The notes beneath the pieces were generated by a model. The model ran no database searches. It saw nothing but the letters and a program-made list of their open reading frames with translations, and was not told where the DNA came from. Below are positions 56,731 through 64,000 of a stretch of DNA of 64,000 nt, one piece after another (the first letter of the stretch is position 1; the number at the start of each line of letters is the position of its first letter). Source of the stretch: a virus (taxonomy: Duplodnaviria > Caudoviricetes); IMG/VR virus record IMGVR_UViG_3300028591_000110, positions 71,564 through 135,563 of that record. The stretch is one strand, 5' to 3'. A program made the translations under genes and the position numbers.

Positions 56731-56933
56731 CTCCTGTTTTCTATACAGAACTCCGGGCGGATTTGCTAACCGTCCTGAAATTATTTTCAGAATTGATAAA
56801 AGCGTTATACCCTGCTCTTTGCAGGGTATAACGCGCGGGGATGATAAACAGAAAGCAGCGTACTTGGGAATGTTTTAGTCGATGCTGGATTATTCAAGGG
56901 AGGCAGTACAATGCTTCATGTTTATTGCTGTTG

Positions 56934-57857
56934 TCAGGCGGCGACCTTTGCCACGAGCTTGTCCAGCATGGCGTGGCCGTCCATGATGCGGCCCCAGTTG
57001 TTTTCGCGGTAGTTTGCCGTCCGGCGCTGCGGGGCGTTGTGCGTGACCAGATCGCTCATGGCGTTGACCATGCCCCATGCGGTGTTCCGGAACTGCTGGA
57101 TGTCCGGGGCGAAGTAGCAGATCATGAACTCGTCCTTGAGCTTCTTGACGTTCTGTTCCTCGCGCTTGGAGGCGTCGGAGGGGAGGGGGAAGAGCTCGTC
57201 GAGGATCTTGTAGATCTCTTCGTCGCGGATCTTCTTATCGGCAAGGCGCAGCGCCTCCTGTTCCAGATTGTCCATGTAGGCGCCGGCCATCTCCAGACAC
57301 ATCTGCGCTTCATGCAGCTTGCCCTCGATGTTTCCGGTATGGCGGACAGACCACGAGCGCTTGGCCGTGCGCAGGGCGAGATTGAGCGTGTTCTGACAGA
57401 CGACGCGCACCGGCGTCATGCAGACGCGAATCGCTCCGCTGCCGTCGTGGGTGTTGGAGAAGCAGAGATAGGTCTCCGTCTTGTCTACGATGATCTCCCG
57501 CTCCGGGAGCTGGGCGAGGAGCCAGACCTTGCGGCCTCCGGCGAGCGATCCGGCGGCCTCGTAGCGCACGTCGCCGCCGATCAGGTTGTCCGTGAAGGCG
57601 AACGCCTCGTGATTCTGCACGACGCGATAGCGATCCGTGACGACGCCGAGCACTTTCTTATCAGAGCTGCGGACGTTGGCCTTGAAATTTTCGATCTTCG
57701 AGCCGCCGCAGACCTGAATCGATTTCTGATCCACCGTCCAGTCCAGACCGGCGAGCTTGAGCGCGTCGGCGCTCGTGGGCGCTTCCTCCACGCGGGTTCC
57801 GAGGCCGTGCCAGGGAACTTCTCTCACATACATCATGGTTTCAACATTGGCAGACAT
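56934..57857 (-). CDS. DUF932 / TIGR03299-like protein
   Basis: VPWHGLG, AGLDWTV, YRVVQN.EAF, NTHDGSG, TPVRVVCQNTL. Confidence 0.9.
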   Translation of the reverse strand: MSANVETMMYVREVPWHGLGTRVEEAPTSADALKLAGLDWTVDQKSIQVCGGSKIENFKANVRSSDKKVLGVVTDRYRVVQNHEAFAFTDNLIGGDVRYEAAGSLAGGRKVWLLAQLPEREIIVDKTETYLCFSNTHDGSGAIRVCMTPVRVVCQNTLNLALRTAKRSWSVRHTGNIEGKLHEAQMCLEMAGAYMDNLEQEALRLADKKIRDEEIYKILDELFPLPSDASKREEQNVKKLKDEFMICYFAPDIQQFRNTAWGMVNAMSDLVTHNAPQRRTANYRENNWGRIMDGHAMLDKLVAKVAA

Positions 57858-57912
57858 TTTTTGTACCTCCTTAAATCTCTGTGGGTTTGTCCTGCGGTGA
57901 TATATCAGACCG

Positions 57913-58689
57913 TTATTCCGATTTGCTAACCATGCTAGACATACAAAGAAGCCCAGCGAAAAACGGGTCTTTTACTTCACTGATTAACGACTCCATATCG
58001 TTCATAAGTTTATTCCCGTCTCCGTGTTGCCGACGAGGATTGATTTTGACCAACTCCGGCATATGAACAACAATCATCTCCTTGAATTTGCCAACATCGT
58101 TTGTGTCTCCGCGTCCAGCCGCGATCTTGTTCGCATACGCGACTGCATCTTTCCCATCAAGAGCAGAAAAATAGTTATCTTTACGGATGTTTGGGTTGTA
58201 GTGATATTCGACGAACAGACCGGTTCCACCATGATTACAGCCGAGACCAAACGTATTAACAACGTAGCGTGGCTCGCTCGTTACAACATAGAGTTCGCCA
58301 TTCACCACAATATAATTACGCATATCCTTTCGTGCCGCTTTAATTACTCCGTCTCGCGAAGTATCTAGGCCGCATTGTCTATCCCAAGAGAAACGGAAAT
58401 ACCTGCCGCAATTTGCACGTTCCCAGATCAATTCTTCAAGCGCGGTCATTGTTCCGTGTCTTTCTGCAATAAACATATTTCTGGGAGCTTTGCACCACAA
58501 TCTGCGGTTGAAGAAGAAAATTTTCCCCTTCCCTTGATAGGAGTTATCCTCGAATGCGAGCTGAAGAGCATCCGTAGCAATCTCTCTCAGATTGATGTCG
58601 ACATATTCCTCACATGCACGATAGCGAAGTTTTCTGCATCGCGGAGGCAGGTAGCTTTCCTCGTATTTAATCCAAGTTTTGATTTTCAT
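57913..58689 (-). CDS. Hypothetical early protein
   Basis: YLPPRCRKLRY, EPRYVVNTFGLG.NHGGT motifs. Confidence 0.7.
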   Translation of the reverse strand: MKIKTWIKYEESYLPPRCRKLRYRACEEYVDINLREIATDALQLAFEDNSYQGKGKIFFFNRRLWCKAPRNMFIAERHGTMTALEELIWERANCGRYFRFSWDRQCGLDTSRDGVIKAARKDMRNYIVVNGELYVVTSEPRYVVNTFGLGCNHGGTGLFVEYHYNPNIRKDNYFSALDGKDAVAYANKIAAGRGDTNDVGKFKEMIVVHMPELVKINPRRQHGDGNKLMNDMESLISEVKDPFFAGLLCMSSMVSKSE

Positions 58690-58746
58690 ATTTTTCAACC
58701 TCCTGTGATAGCTACAGAAAAACATCCGGTTTTGCTAACCGTTAAA

Positions 58747-58968
58747 TTATTTTTCTGATACGAGCGCCTGACCGGATGATTTTCGATTATTCAGATCGAT
58801 GACCAGAGATTTGTCCGGCATGACTTGAATCCGCTTGATTTCCAGATTAAGCCAGCCTTTCGGGATCGCTCTCTTTTGGCCAATGATGACGCCATAGGAG
58901 TTTAACAGATAAACCGTACACTCTTCCGGAAATGTCACCCCGGCAGCCATCATGTTCCTGATGGTCAT
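58747..58968 (-). CDS. Hypothetical protein (paralog of 58970-59185)
   Basis: MTIRNMMAAGVT...IP...L.LEI. Confidence 0.6.
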   Translation of the reverse strand: MTIRNMMAAGVTFPEECTVYLLNSYGVIIGQKRAIPKGWLNLEIKRIQVMPDKSLVIDLNNRKSSGQALVSEK

Positions 58969-58969
58969 T

Positions 58970-59185
58970 TTATTCCTCCCTGACCTCGATGTTCAGGCCG
59001 TTTTCGTCCGAGAAGATGTACATGACCTCCATATCCAGCATATCTTCCGGAATCTGATAAGCGGCCAGATCGTCTTCGTTCTGAAAATAGAAGCTGTCGT
59101 TTCTTCCGCCGTATCCGGAGGCGGCGATTCTTCCGGTTCCCTGAATGGTGATCCCGGCGTCCAGCATATCGCGCAGTGTCATCAT
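58970..59185 (-). CDS. Hypothetical protein
   Basis: MTLRDMLDAGIT...IP...LDMEV. Confidence 0.6.
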   Translation of the reverse strand: MMTLRDMLDAGITIQGTGRIAASGYGGRNDSFYFQNEDDLAAYQIPEDMLDMEVMYIFSDENGLNIEVREE

Positions 59186-59199
59186 TTTGATCTCCTTTC

Positions 59200-59586
59200 T
59201 TATTCCCAGATGTCTCTGACCATGAACAGGAAGCGCGTTCCCTGTTCGTCCGGCAGAACATCCACAACCACGGTTCCGAAATGATCCGTGATCTTCAGCA
59301 TTTTTGCAATGACCTCCACAGCCGGTCGATCCAGACTTGCGATCCGCGCAAGCTCCAAGATGATCGTGCCGTTTCGCACGTCCGGCTTCGGCTCGATCTC
59401 CGAGACGCGCACGATGTCCTCGCAGAGCTCCACGGCTTTAACTGCGAGCTCGCGCAGCTCTTTATAGCGGTTCAGGCGCTCCATGTTCGCCATGCGTCCG
59501 CGAAAAGCGTTGTTTTCCTCGTGCTTTTTCGCAAATTCCTCCGCCTGCTCCGGCGTGAGGGTAAATTCCTGCTCCTTGTCCTTCAT
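59200..59586 (-). CDS. Hypothetical early protein
   Basis: GGAGG RBS. Confidence 0.65.
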   Translation of the reverse strand: MKDKEQEFTLTPEQAEEFAKKHEENNAFRGRMANMERLNRYKELRELAVKAVELCEDIVRVSEIEPKPDVRNGTIILELARIASLDRPAVEVIAKMLKITDHFGTVVVDVLPDEQGTRFLFMVRDIWE

Positions 59587-59783
59587 TTTTCCTCCATGGT
59601 TTTCAGTTTTGCGGACAAAATCATCAGCGCGTCCGCTGCGGCCTCATTGCTTGCGGCGTCCTCCTCGTCGTCCGCATATTTTGCGCACTCGCGCCGGTCG
59701 TCCTCTGCCCATTTCAGGGCGTCGAGAATCCTGTCAAATTCATCCTGCGTCAGTTCCAGATGGATCATCTGTATCACCTCCAC
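59583..59783 (-). CDS. Hypothetical early protein
   Basis: RBS after the repeat motif. Confidence 0.6.
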   Translation of the reverse strand: MEVIQMIHLELTQDEFDRILDALKWAEDDRRECAKYADDEEDAASNEAAADALMILSAKLKTMEEK

Positions 59784-59823
59784 TTGATTTACAGAAGAAA
59801 GAGCGGCTTTGCTAACCGCTCTT

Positions 59824-60510
59824 TTATTTGGCGTTAAAATTTTCGTTGAACGTTTCCGAATAGGCGGCGGCTCCGTTCCAGTCGTCGTAGGTGATGCGCT
59901 CGCGCTGACCGTTGCTGTTGAGAAAGATCAAATTCGGTCTCGGCTCGTCTCCGTCGTCCGGCATACGGCGCGTTCCGCAGACGTACCACTTGGCGAAGTC
60001 CTCGGAGCTTGCGACCTCGCGGAGATAGTAGCGGTTGCTCTCGATTCCGCGATAGACCTCCCGGCCCGTTCCGGGTTCGATCTCCACAAAGCGGACGGGG
60101 ATCACCTTGACGGGATTGCGCTCCGTGTCGTTGTAATAGTCGTTGCGGGAAATTGTGACGGCGTAGTCATCCAGAATGCGGTCATAGCGCAGCATGGCGT
60201 GATCCGCAATGTATTCCAGACCGAGCTTTTCGATCTCGTCGATGGTTTCCAGCACATAACCGATGTGCTTTCCGTCCGTGACGATGATCTTCCGGCGCTT
60301 CGACCAGTCGATGTTGAAGTTGTATTCCTCATATTCTTTGATCGTGACAGAGGAGACCGGCTCGATCTGCACGGTGAATTGAATCGCCTCAAAGGAATAG
60401 AAATCCTCGTCGCAGTCTCTGCACTGATAGGTATAATCCGGCAACTCGGACGGTTCCAGAACGCGACCGCAGAAGCGGCAGCGCATTGATGTCATTTTGA
60501 TGGTATCCAT
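59824..60510 (-). CDS. Hypothetical protein with N-terminal zinc ribbon
   Basis: CRFCG...YQCRDCDEDFY. Confidence 0.7.
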   Translation of the reverse strand: MDTIKMTSMRCRFCGRVLEPSELPDYTYQCRDCDEDFYSFEAIQFTVQIEPVSSVTIKEYEEYNFNIDWSKRRKIIVTDGKHIGYVLETIDEIEKLGLEYIADHAMLRYDRILDDYAVTISRNDYYNDTERNPVKVIPVRFVEIEPGTGREVYRGIESNRYYLREVASSEDFAKWYVCGTRRMPDDGDEPRPNLIFLNSNGQRERITYDDWNGAAAYSETFNENFNAK

Positions 60511-60575
60511 GTGATCGCCTCCTGTCTCATATACAGAAACGCCGCCGGCTTTGCTAACCGGCGGCGAAACTTTTT

Positions 60576-61001
60576 TCAGAACAGCAGGGCGCTGTTCCCG
60601 ATCTGCTTTTGGTGCTGATACCAGTTCAGCATGGAGACAAAATCCCCGTCGCTGATATGGTAGAAGTAATCCACGTCGCCGTCCGGCTTGACGCAGGTGA
60701 CGACGGTGTGTCCGCGCTCGTAGGTGAGGACGAGCTTGCGACCGTTGTTCACGTCCAGAGAGATGATCGGCTCCCAGGTGTAGTGCGGCTGCGCGGCTCC
60801 GTCATACAGATACAGGCTTGTGAAGCGGCGCTGCGCGTCCATGTTCAGAACGCCGACCGCCTTGTCCTGCATGGAGAAAACCTTAACGACGAAAAGGAAA
60901 TCGCCGTTGGCCTGCTGGAAGCGCCGGATGTCCTTTTCGTAGAATTTGAGGAGCGTTCCGTCGTCCATTTCGATGGTGGTGAAGGTGTTGTTCAGTTTCA
61001 T
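60576..61001 (-). CDS. Hypothetical early protein
   Basis: Coupled ORF. Confidence 0.65.
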   Translation of the reverse strand: MKLNNTFTTIEMDDGTLLKFYEKDIRRFQQANGDFLFVVKVFSMQDKAVGVLNMDAQRRFTSLYLYDGAAQPHYTWEPIISLDVNNGRKLVLTYERGHTVVTCVKPDGDVDYFYHISDGDFVSMLNWYQHQKQIGNSALLF

Positions 61002-61378
61002 GCGTTTTCCTCCTTGAGATATGCGAACATGTCATCGAAGCGTTCATCGTCCGTCGGATCGAACGCGCCGGAAAGCTGAAGATCCCCATCGTGGAGAATC
61101 CAGTACCAGTCGCCCTCATGCGTTTCGAGCAGCTTGTACCATCCGGCAATCAGCGCCTCGGCAGAGTGATAGGCGAAGAAGTCCTTGACGCCTCTACCAT
61201 CGAAATCGTCCGTCCAGAAATCACTGTCGTCCACCGCAAAAGCGATAACAAAATCTCCGTCCGGAAGATCTACATCGAACGATCCTCCGCATTTCGGACA
61301 CATACTGTGCCATCCGAGCTCGTCCAGACTGACGCTGCCCTCAAATTCGTGTTCGCATTGCAGACATTTGAGTCTCAT
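60998..61378 (-). CDS. Zinc-ribbon early protein
   Basis: CLQC...DELGWHSMCPKCGGSFD. Confidence 0.65.
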   Translation of the reverse strand: MRLKCLQCEHEFEGSVSLDELGWHSMCPKCGGSFDVDLPDGDFVIAFAVDDSDFWTDDFDGRGVKDFFAYHSAEALIAGWYKLLETHEGDWYWILHDGDLQLSGAFDPTDDERFDDMFAYLKEENA

Positions 61379-61446
61379 TGTTCCACATCCTTTCTGTTAT
61401 AACTACAGAAATCCTCCCGGTTTTGCTAACCGGGAGGAAAAGTTTT

Positions 61447-61725
61447 TTACCAGACGCCCTTGAGCGTTCCGTCTTCGATGATGACGCGCGGTTTGCTGCG
61501 GTACTTTTCTCTGCGCTCGGCCTGTTCGTGCGCCTCCGTCATGCGTTCCAGAGCGTAGTACAGCGTGCGCCAGAAATCGGAATTGTAGGGGTTTCCGGCG
61601 ATGGTTTTGATCTCGTACAGCGCCTCCTGCAGCTCCTCCGGCTTGCAGTCCTCAGCGCAGTTTCCGAGAGACAGGATCGCTTCGGAGATTTCCTCCGGGT
61701 AGTATGTCGGTTTGAATGCGTCCAT
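61447..61725 (-). CDS. Hypothetical early protein
   Basis: RBS; AGNPYNSDFWR motif. Confidence 0.65.
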   Translation of the reverse strand: MDAFKPTYYPEEISEAILSLGNCAEDCKPEELQEALYEIKTIAGNPYNSDFWRTLYYALERMTEAHEQAERREKYRSKPRVIIEDGTLKGVW

Positions 61726-61737
61726 GATGGTTCCTCC

Positions 61738-61950
61738 TTATCCGTAAAAGTCTTTCAGGCGCATTGCCGCATATTCGTCAAATGCGATTTCTTCTTCCAG
61801 CCTTTCGTATTCTCTGCAGATCACCAAGCAAGTGCCTGCGAGCTCTTCGTCATCCGGGACAAAGATTTTTTCCTCCGCTTCCATGTAACCGGCAATGTTT
61901 GCGGCGCAGACAATGAACGTCAGATCGTCAAACGAAAGATTGTACATCAT
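61738..61950 (-). CDS. Hypothetical early protein
   Basis: RBS after the repeat motif. Confidence 0.6.
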   Translation of the reverse strand: MMYNLSFDDLTFIVCAANIAGYMEAEEKIFVPDDEELAGTCLVICREYERLEEEIAFDEYAAMRLKDFYG

Positions 61951-62013
61951 TTTTATCAGCCTCCTGTTATCACAACAGAAAATCCTCCTGGTTTGCTAAC
62001 CGGGAGGGAAAAA

Positions 62014-62499
62014 TTATTTTTCGTTCATCACATCATTGATGATACCTTCCATGATGCACCATCCGTGCTCGATCATCAGATCGCTGAACGCAAGATGGTG
62101 CTTCATCCGCTTTTTGATTTTTGCGACCAGCTCCGGCGTGGCGGTGATATCCATATCCTCAAGCTTGTCTCGAATGTCATCTTCGCACCAGCGAACGACG
62201 CCGAACGTCTCCGGCGGGTCGTACAGATCGGAGGACGTCACGTCGTCGCAGTACAGGCCTCCGTCTTTGAACGCCATTGCCATCAGCCGCAGGAAGAGCG
62301 CCATCAGATCGGAGAAGTGCTCGTCCTCCAGATAGTATGCCAGATCGTCTTCATCCGTGGGGAGAAGGTCTCCGTATCGGATATCTCCATCCGCCACGCC
62401 GTCGCCCAGCCAGTACATAAAGATGTTCTCGGCGTTGATCTGCCGGGCAAGGAACTCCATGGCCTTGACCGCTCTGATTCTGTCTGTCTTATTCGCCAT
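62014..62499 (-). CDS. Hypothetical early protein
   Basis: WLGDGVADGD motif; start inferred from the RBS. Confidence 0.65.
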   Translation of the reverse strand: MANKTDRIRAVKAMEFLARQINAENIFMYWLGDGVADGDIRYGDLLPTDEDDLAYYLEDEHFSDLMALFLRLMAMAFKDGGLYCDDVTSSDLYDPPETFGVVRWCEDDIRDKLEDMDITATPELVAKIKKRMKHHLAFSDLMIEHGWCIMEGIINDVMNEK

Positions 62500-62728
62500 T
62501 GAAATTTTCCTCCTCAATGTCAGCGCAAATGCGCATAACCTCCTGCGCCGCCGCTTCCAGGCGGGCAATGCTGTTTGTCGCATACGGCTCTCGCTGCTTG
62601 ATCTCATAGACCTCGGAGAGCAGCACGTCGCGCACGAACTCAAACGCGAGCGCGGCGTCGTCCGGCACAAGAATCACCGTGTCGTGGATTTTCTTGAGCC
62701 TGTCAAATTCTTGCTTCGGGAGCAGCAT
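62489..62728 (-). CDS. Hypothetical early protein
   Basis: EPYATNSI motif; RBS. Confidence 0.65.
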   Translation of the reverse strand: MLLPKQEFDRLKKIHDTVILVPDDAALAFEFVRDVLLSEVYEIKQREPYATNSIARLEAAAQEVMRICADIEEENFNGE

Positions 62729-62935
62729 GTGTAAAACCTCCTGTCTTTGATCTGTTATATATACAGACGGGAATCCGGTTTTGCTAACCGTTAATAATTA
62801 ATTTTTACTTCCATTGTGGCGCGGATTACTTTTGCAAGGCAGAACAGACCATAGATGATCCAGTATGCCGTTCCGCAGTGCAGCTTTGCGCCGATGATTG
62901 CGAAAAGAACAATCGACATTGTGTGATCCCTCCAT

Positions 62936-63382
62936 TCAGCAGACCGGGGAGACGGCCTGACGGACGCGGGATCGGACGGTGTTTTGCACCTTGCTGTACC
63001 ACGCCTCGCCGTTGGAGAAGCGGGCAGAGCAGTAATACTGCTCGAATCCGTAGTCCGCTGCCAGATCGCGGAGCATGCGGTTGATCTTGTTGATCTCGCG
63101 GTCGTATTTCCGGATCGCGACGGAGCGGCAGGAATCGAAGTAATAGTGACAATCCTCGTTGTCGTAGTCGTTCGGGTCGTGCAGCTCCTCCACATAGAAC
63201 TGAAGCCCGGTGTAGTATCCGCTCTCCACGCTGATCTCATGGAACATCAGGTCGTCGTTCATGTTGTCCAGCTCCGGTCTCAGATCGTCCATCAGAAACT
63301 GAACGTCGAGCCAGTCCATTTCGTCCGTGTCCAGCAGGAACAGCGGAAAGTTTTTCATGGTTCTGAAATTCGGTGCGCTCAT
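62936..63382 (-). CDS. Hypothetical early protein
   Basis: SGYYTG, ARFSNGEAWY motifs. Confidence 0.7.
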   Translation of the reverse strand: MSAPNFRTMKNFPLFLLDTDEMDWLDVQFLMDDLRPELDNMNDDLMFHEISVESGYYTGLQFYVEELHDPNDYDNEDCHYYFDSCRSVAIRKYDREINKINRMLRDLAADYGFEQYYCSARFSNGEAWYSKVQNTVRSRVRQAVSPVC

Positions 63383-63460
63383 TGCAGCAGCCTCCTTTTT
63401 ATGATTTCTGTTATATATACAGAAACAAATCCATATTTGCCAACCGTTATAAAAATAAAA

Positions 63461-63497
63461 AAATCCCCTGCCGGAAACACCACTAACCGGCAGGGGA
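63461..63497 (-). terminator. Intrinsic terminator
   Basis: CCCCTGCCGG/CCGGCAGGGG stem with a minus-strand T run. Confidence 0.7.
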
Positions 63498-63672
63498 CAG
63501 GAGCTGTGGAGCTTTGAAGGTATGGCCTCCGCTGCTCCATATAGCGGAGCGGCTTTGCGCCGCTCCGGATCATATCGGGTGACTTTTGTGGTTCCGCGCA
63601 GGACGCTGCAGGGAATCGGGCTGGATTATTATGGGCTTTGTTCTTCGCATGATCGGGTCTCCTTTCATCGTA

Positions 63673-64000
63673 TCAGAAAATGGTCTCCTTCGCAAGCGCC
63701 GCCTTGTGAACGTCCGCGAGCTGCAGGAGCAGGTCGTCCGGGTAGTTGACGCAGAGAGCGCAGAGCGCGGAGAAGTTTTTCTTATCCGTGACGGCTCCGG
63801 CGTCGATGAATTTGCCGAGGCCGTGACTGACCATGGCGGTTCCGGTGTCCTTCCAGATGGACAGGTGCAGCGTGGGCCGGACGCCGACCTTGCGGAAGCC
63901 CTCTGTGACCTCACTGTAATACAGGCGAGCCTCCAGCTTTCTGCCGTCCGGCAGGGGGATGTATTTGCTGATCTCCTTTCACCGCGCATGAGGAAGCGGT
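63673..64000 (-). CDS. Hypothetical protein, 5'-partial
   Basis: Open frame ...KYIPLPDGRKLEARLYY...MVSHGLGKF...KETIF* running off the window edge. Confidence 0.5.

Larger units (their letters stand above)
50621..63446 (-). repeat. 13 copies of the bipartite promoter-like motif GGTTAGCA-N14-TCTG across the early region (2 more at 34844 and 43511)
   Basis: CAGA-N14-TGCTAACC on the plus strand at 50621, 52683, 53954, 54627, 56746, 57906, 58715, 59792, 60534, 61406, 61976, 62764 and 63420 (TGCCAA variant). Confidence 0.9.

Noticed and set aside
50621-63446. Repeated motif as a CRISPR array or integron attC sites
   Set aside because: Spacing is gene-sized and irregular, there is no cas or integron integrase, and copies occur inside genes without hairpins. 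Fixed bipartite spacing fits a promoter.

Overview
This is a 64 kb segment of a large temperate phage, apparently in its excised form because an attP site has phage genes on both sides. SLH domains and the gene content point to a Clostridia/Oscillospiraceae-like host (inference). Left arm (+ strand): the end of a DGR cassette with an adenine-poor template-like repeat and an RT with atypical motifs (HGDD, LGSSTST), then lysis genes and fibre-type structural genes. Next come attP (3' half of tRNA-Thr GGT), a tyrosine integrase and Xis. The long minus-strand arm encodes accessory genes, Thg1, two DNA methyltransferases, nucleotide metabolism (dut, nrdDG, thyX, dNMP kinase), replication (DnaE, primase-helicase, SSB, ERF) and an RNA-repair-like cluster (PNK-HD, nucleotidyltransferase, RNA ligase, IscS, DUF2828). 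A tRNA/ncRNA cluster, an SPFH gene, a catalytically dead recombinase-like (MrpR-like) gene, an ImmR/ImmA pair, a DarB-like MTase-helicase and about 30 small early genes follow. Most notable: (1) five tRNA-like or Y-RNA-like RNAs sharing a 'helix - RCAGCAA - linker - anticodon-type stem-loop' architecture, directly upstream of the Ro60/TROVE-like DUF2828 gene and the RNA repair enzymes; (2) the non-canonical DGR; (3) 15 copies of a fixed-spacing bipartite promoter-like motif GGTTAGCA-N14-TCTG; (4) a six-copy 20-bp operator-like box. All protein calls come from motif recognition by eye, with no database searches.
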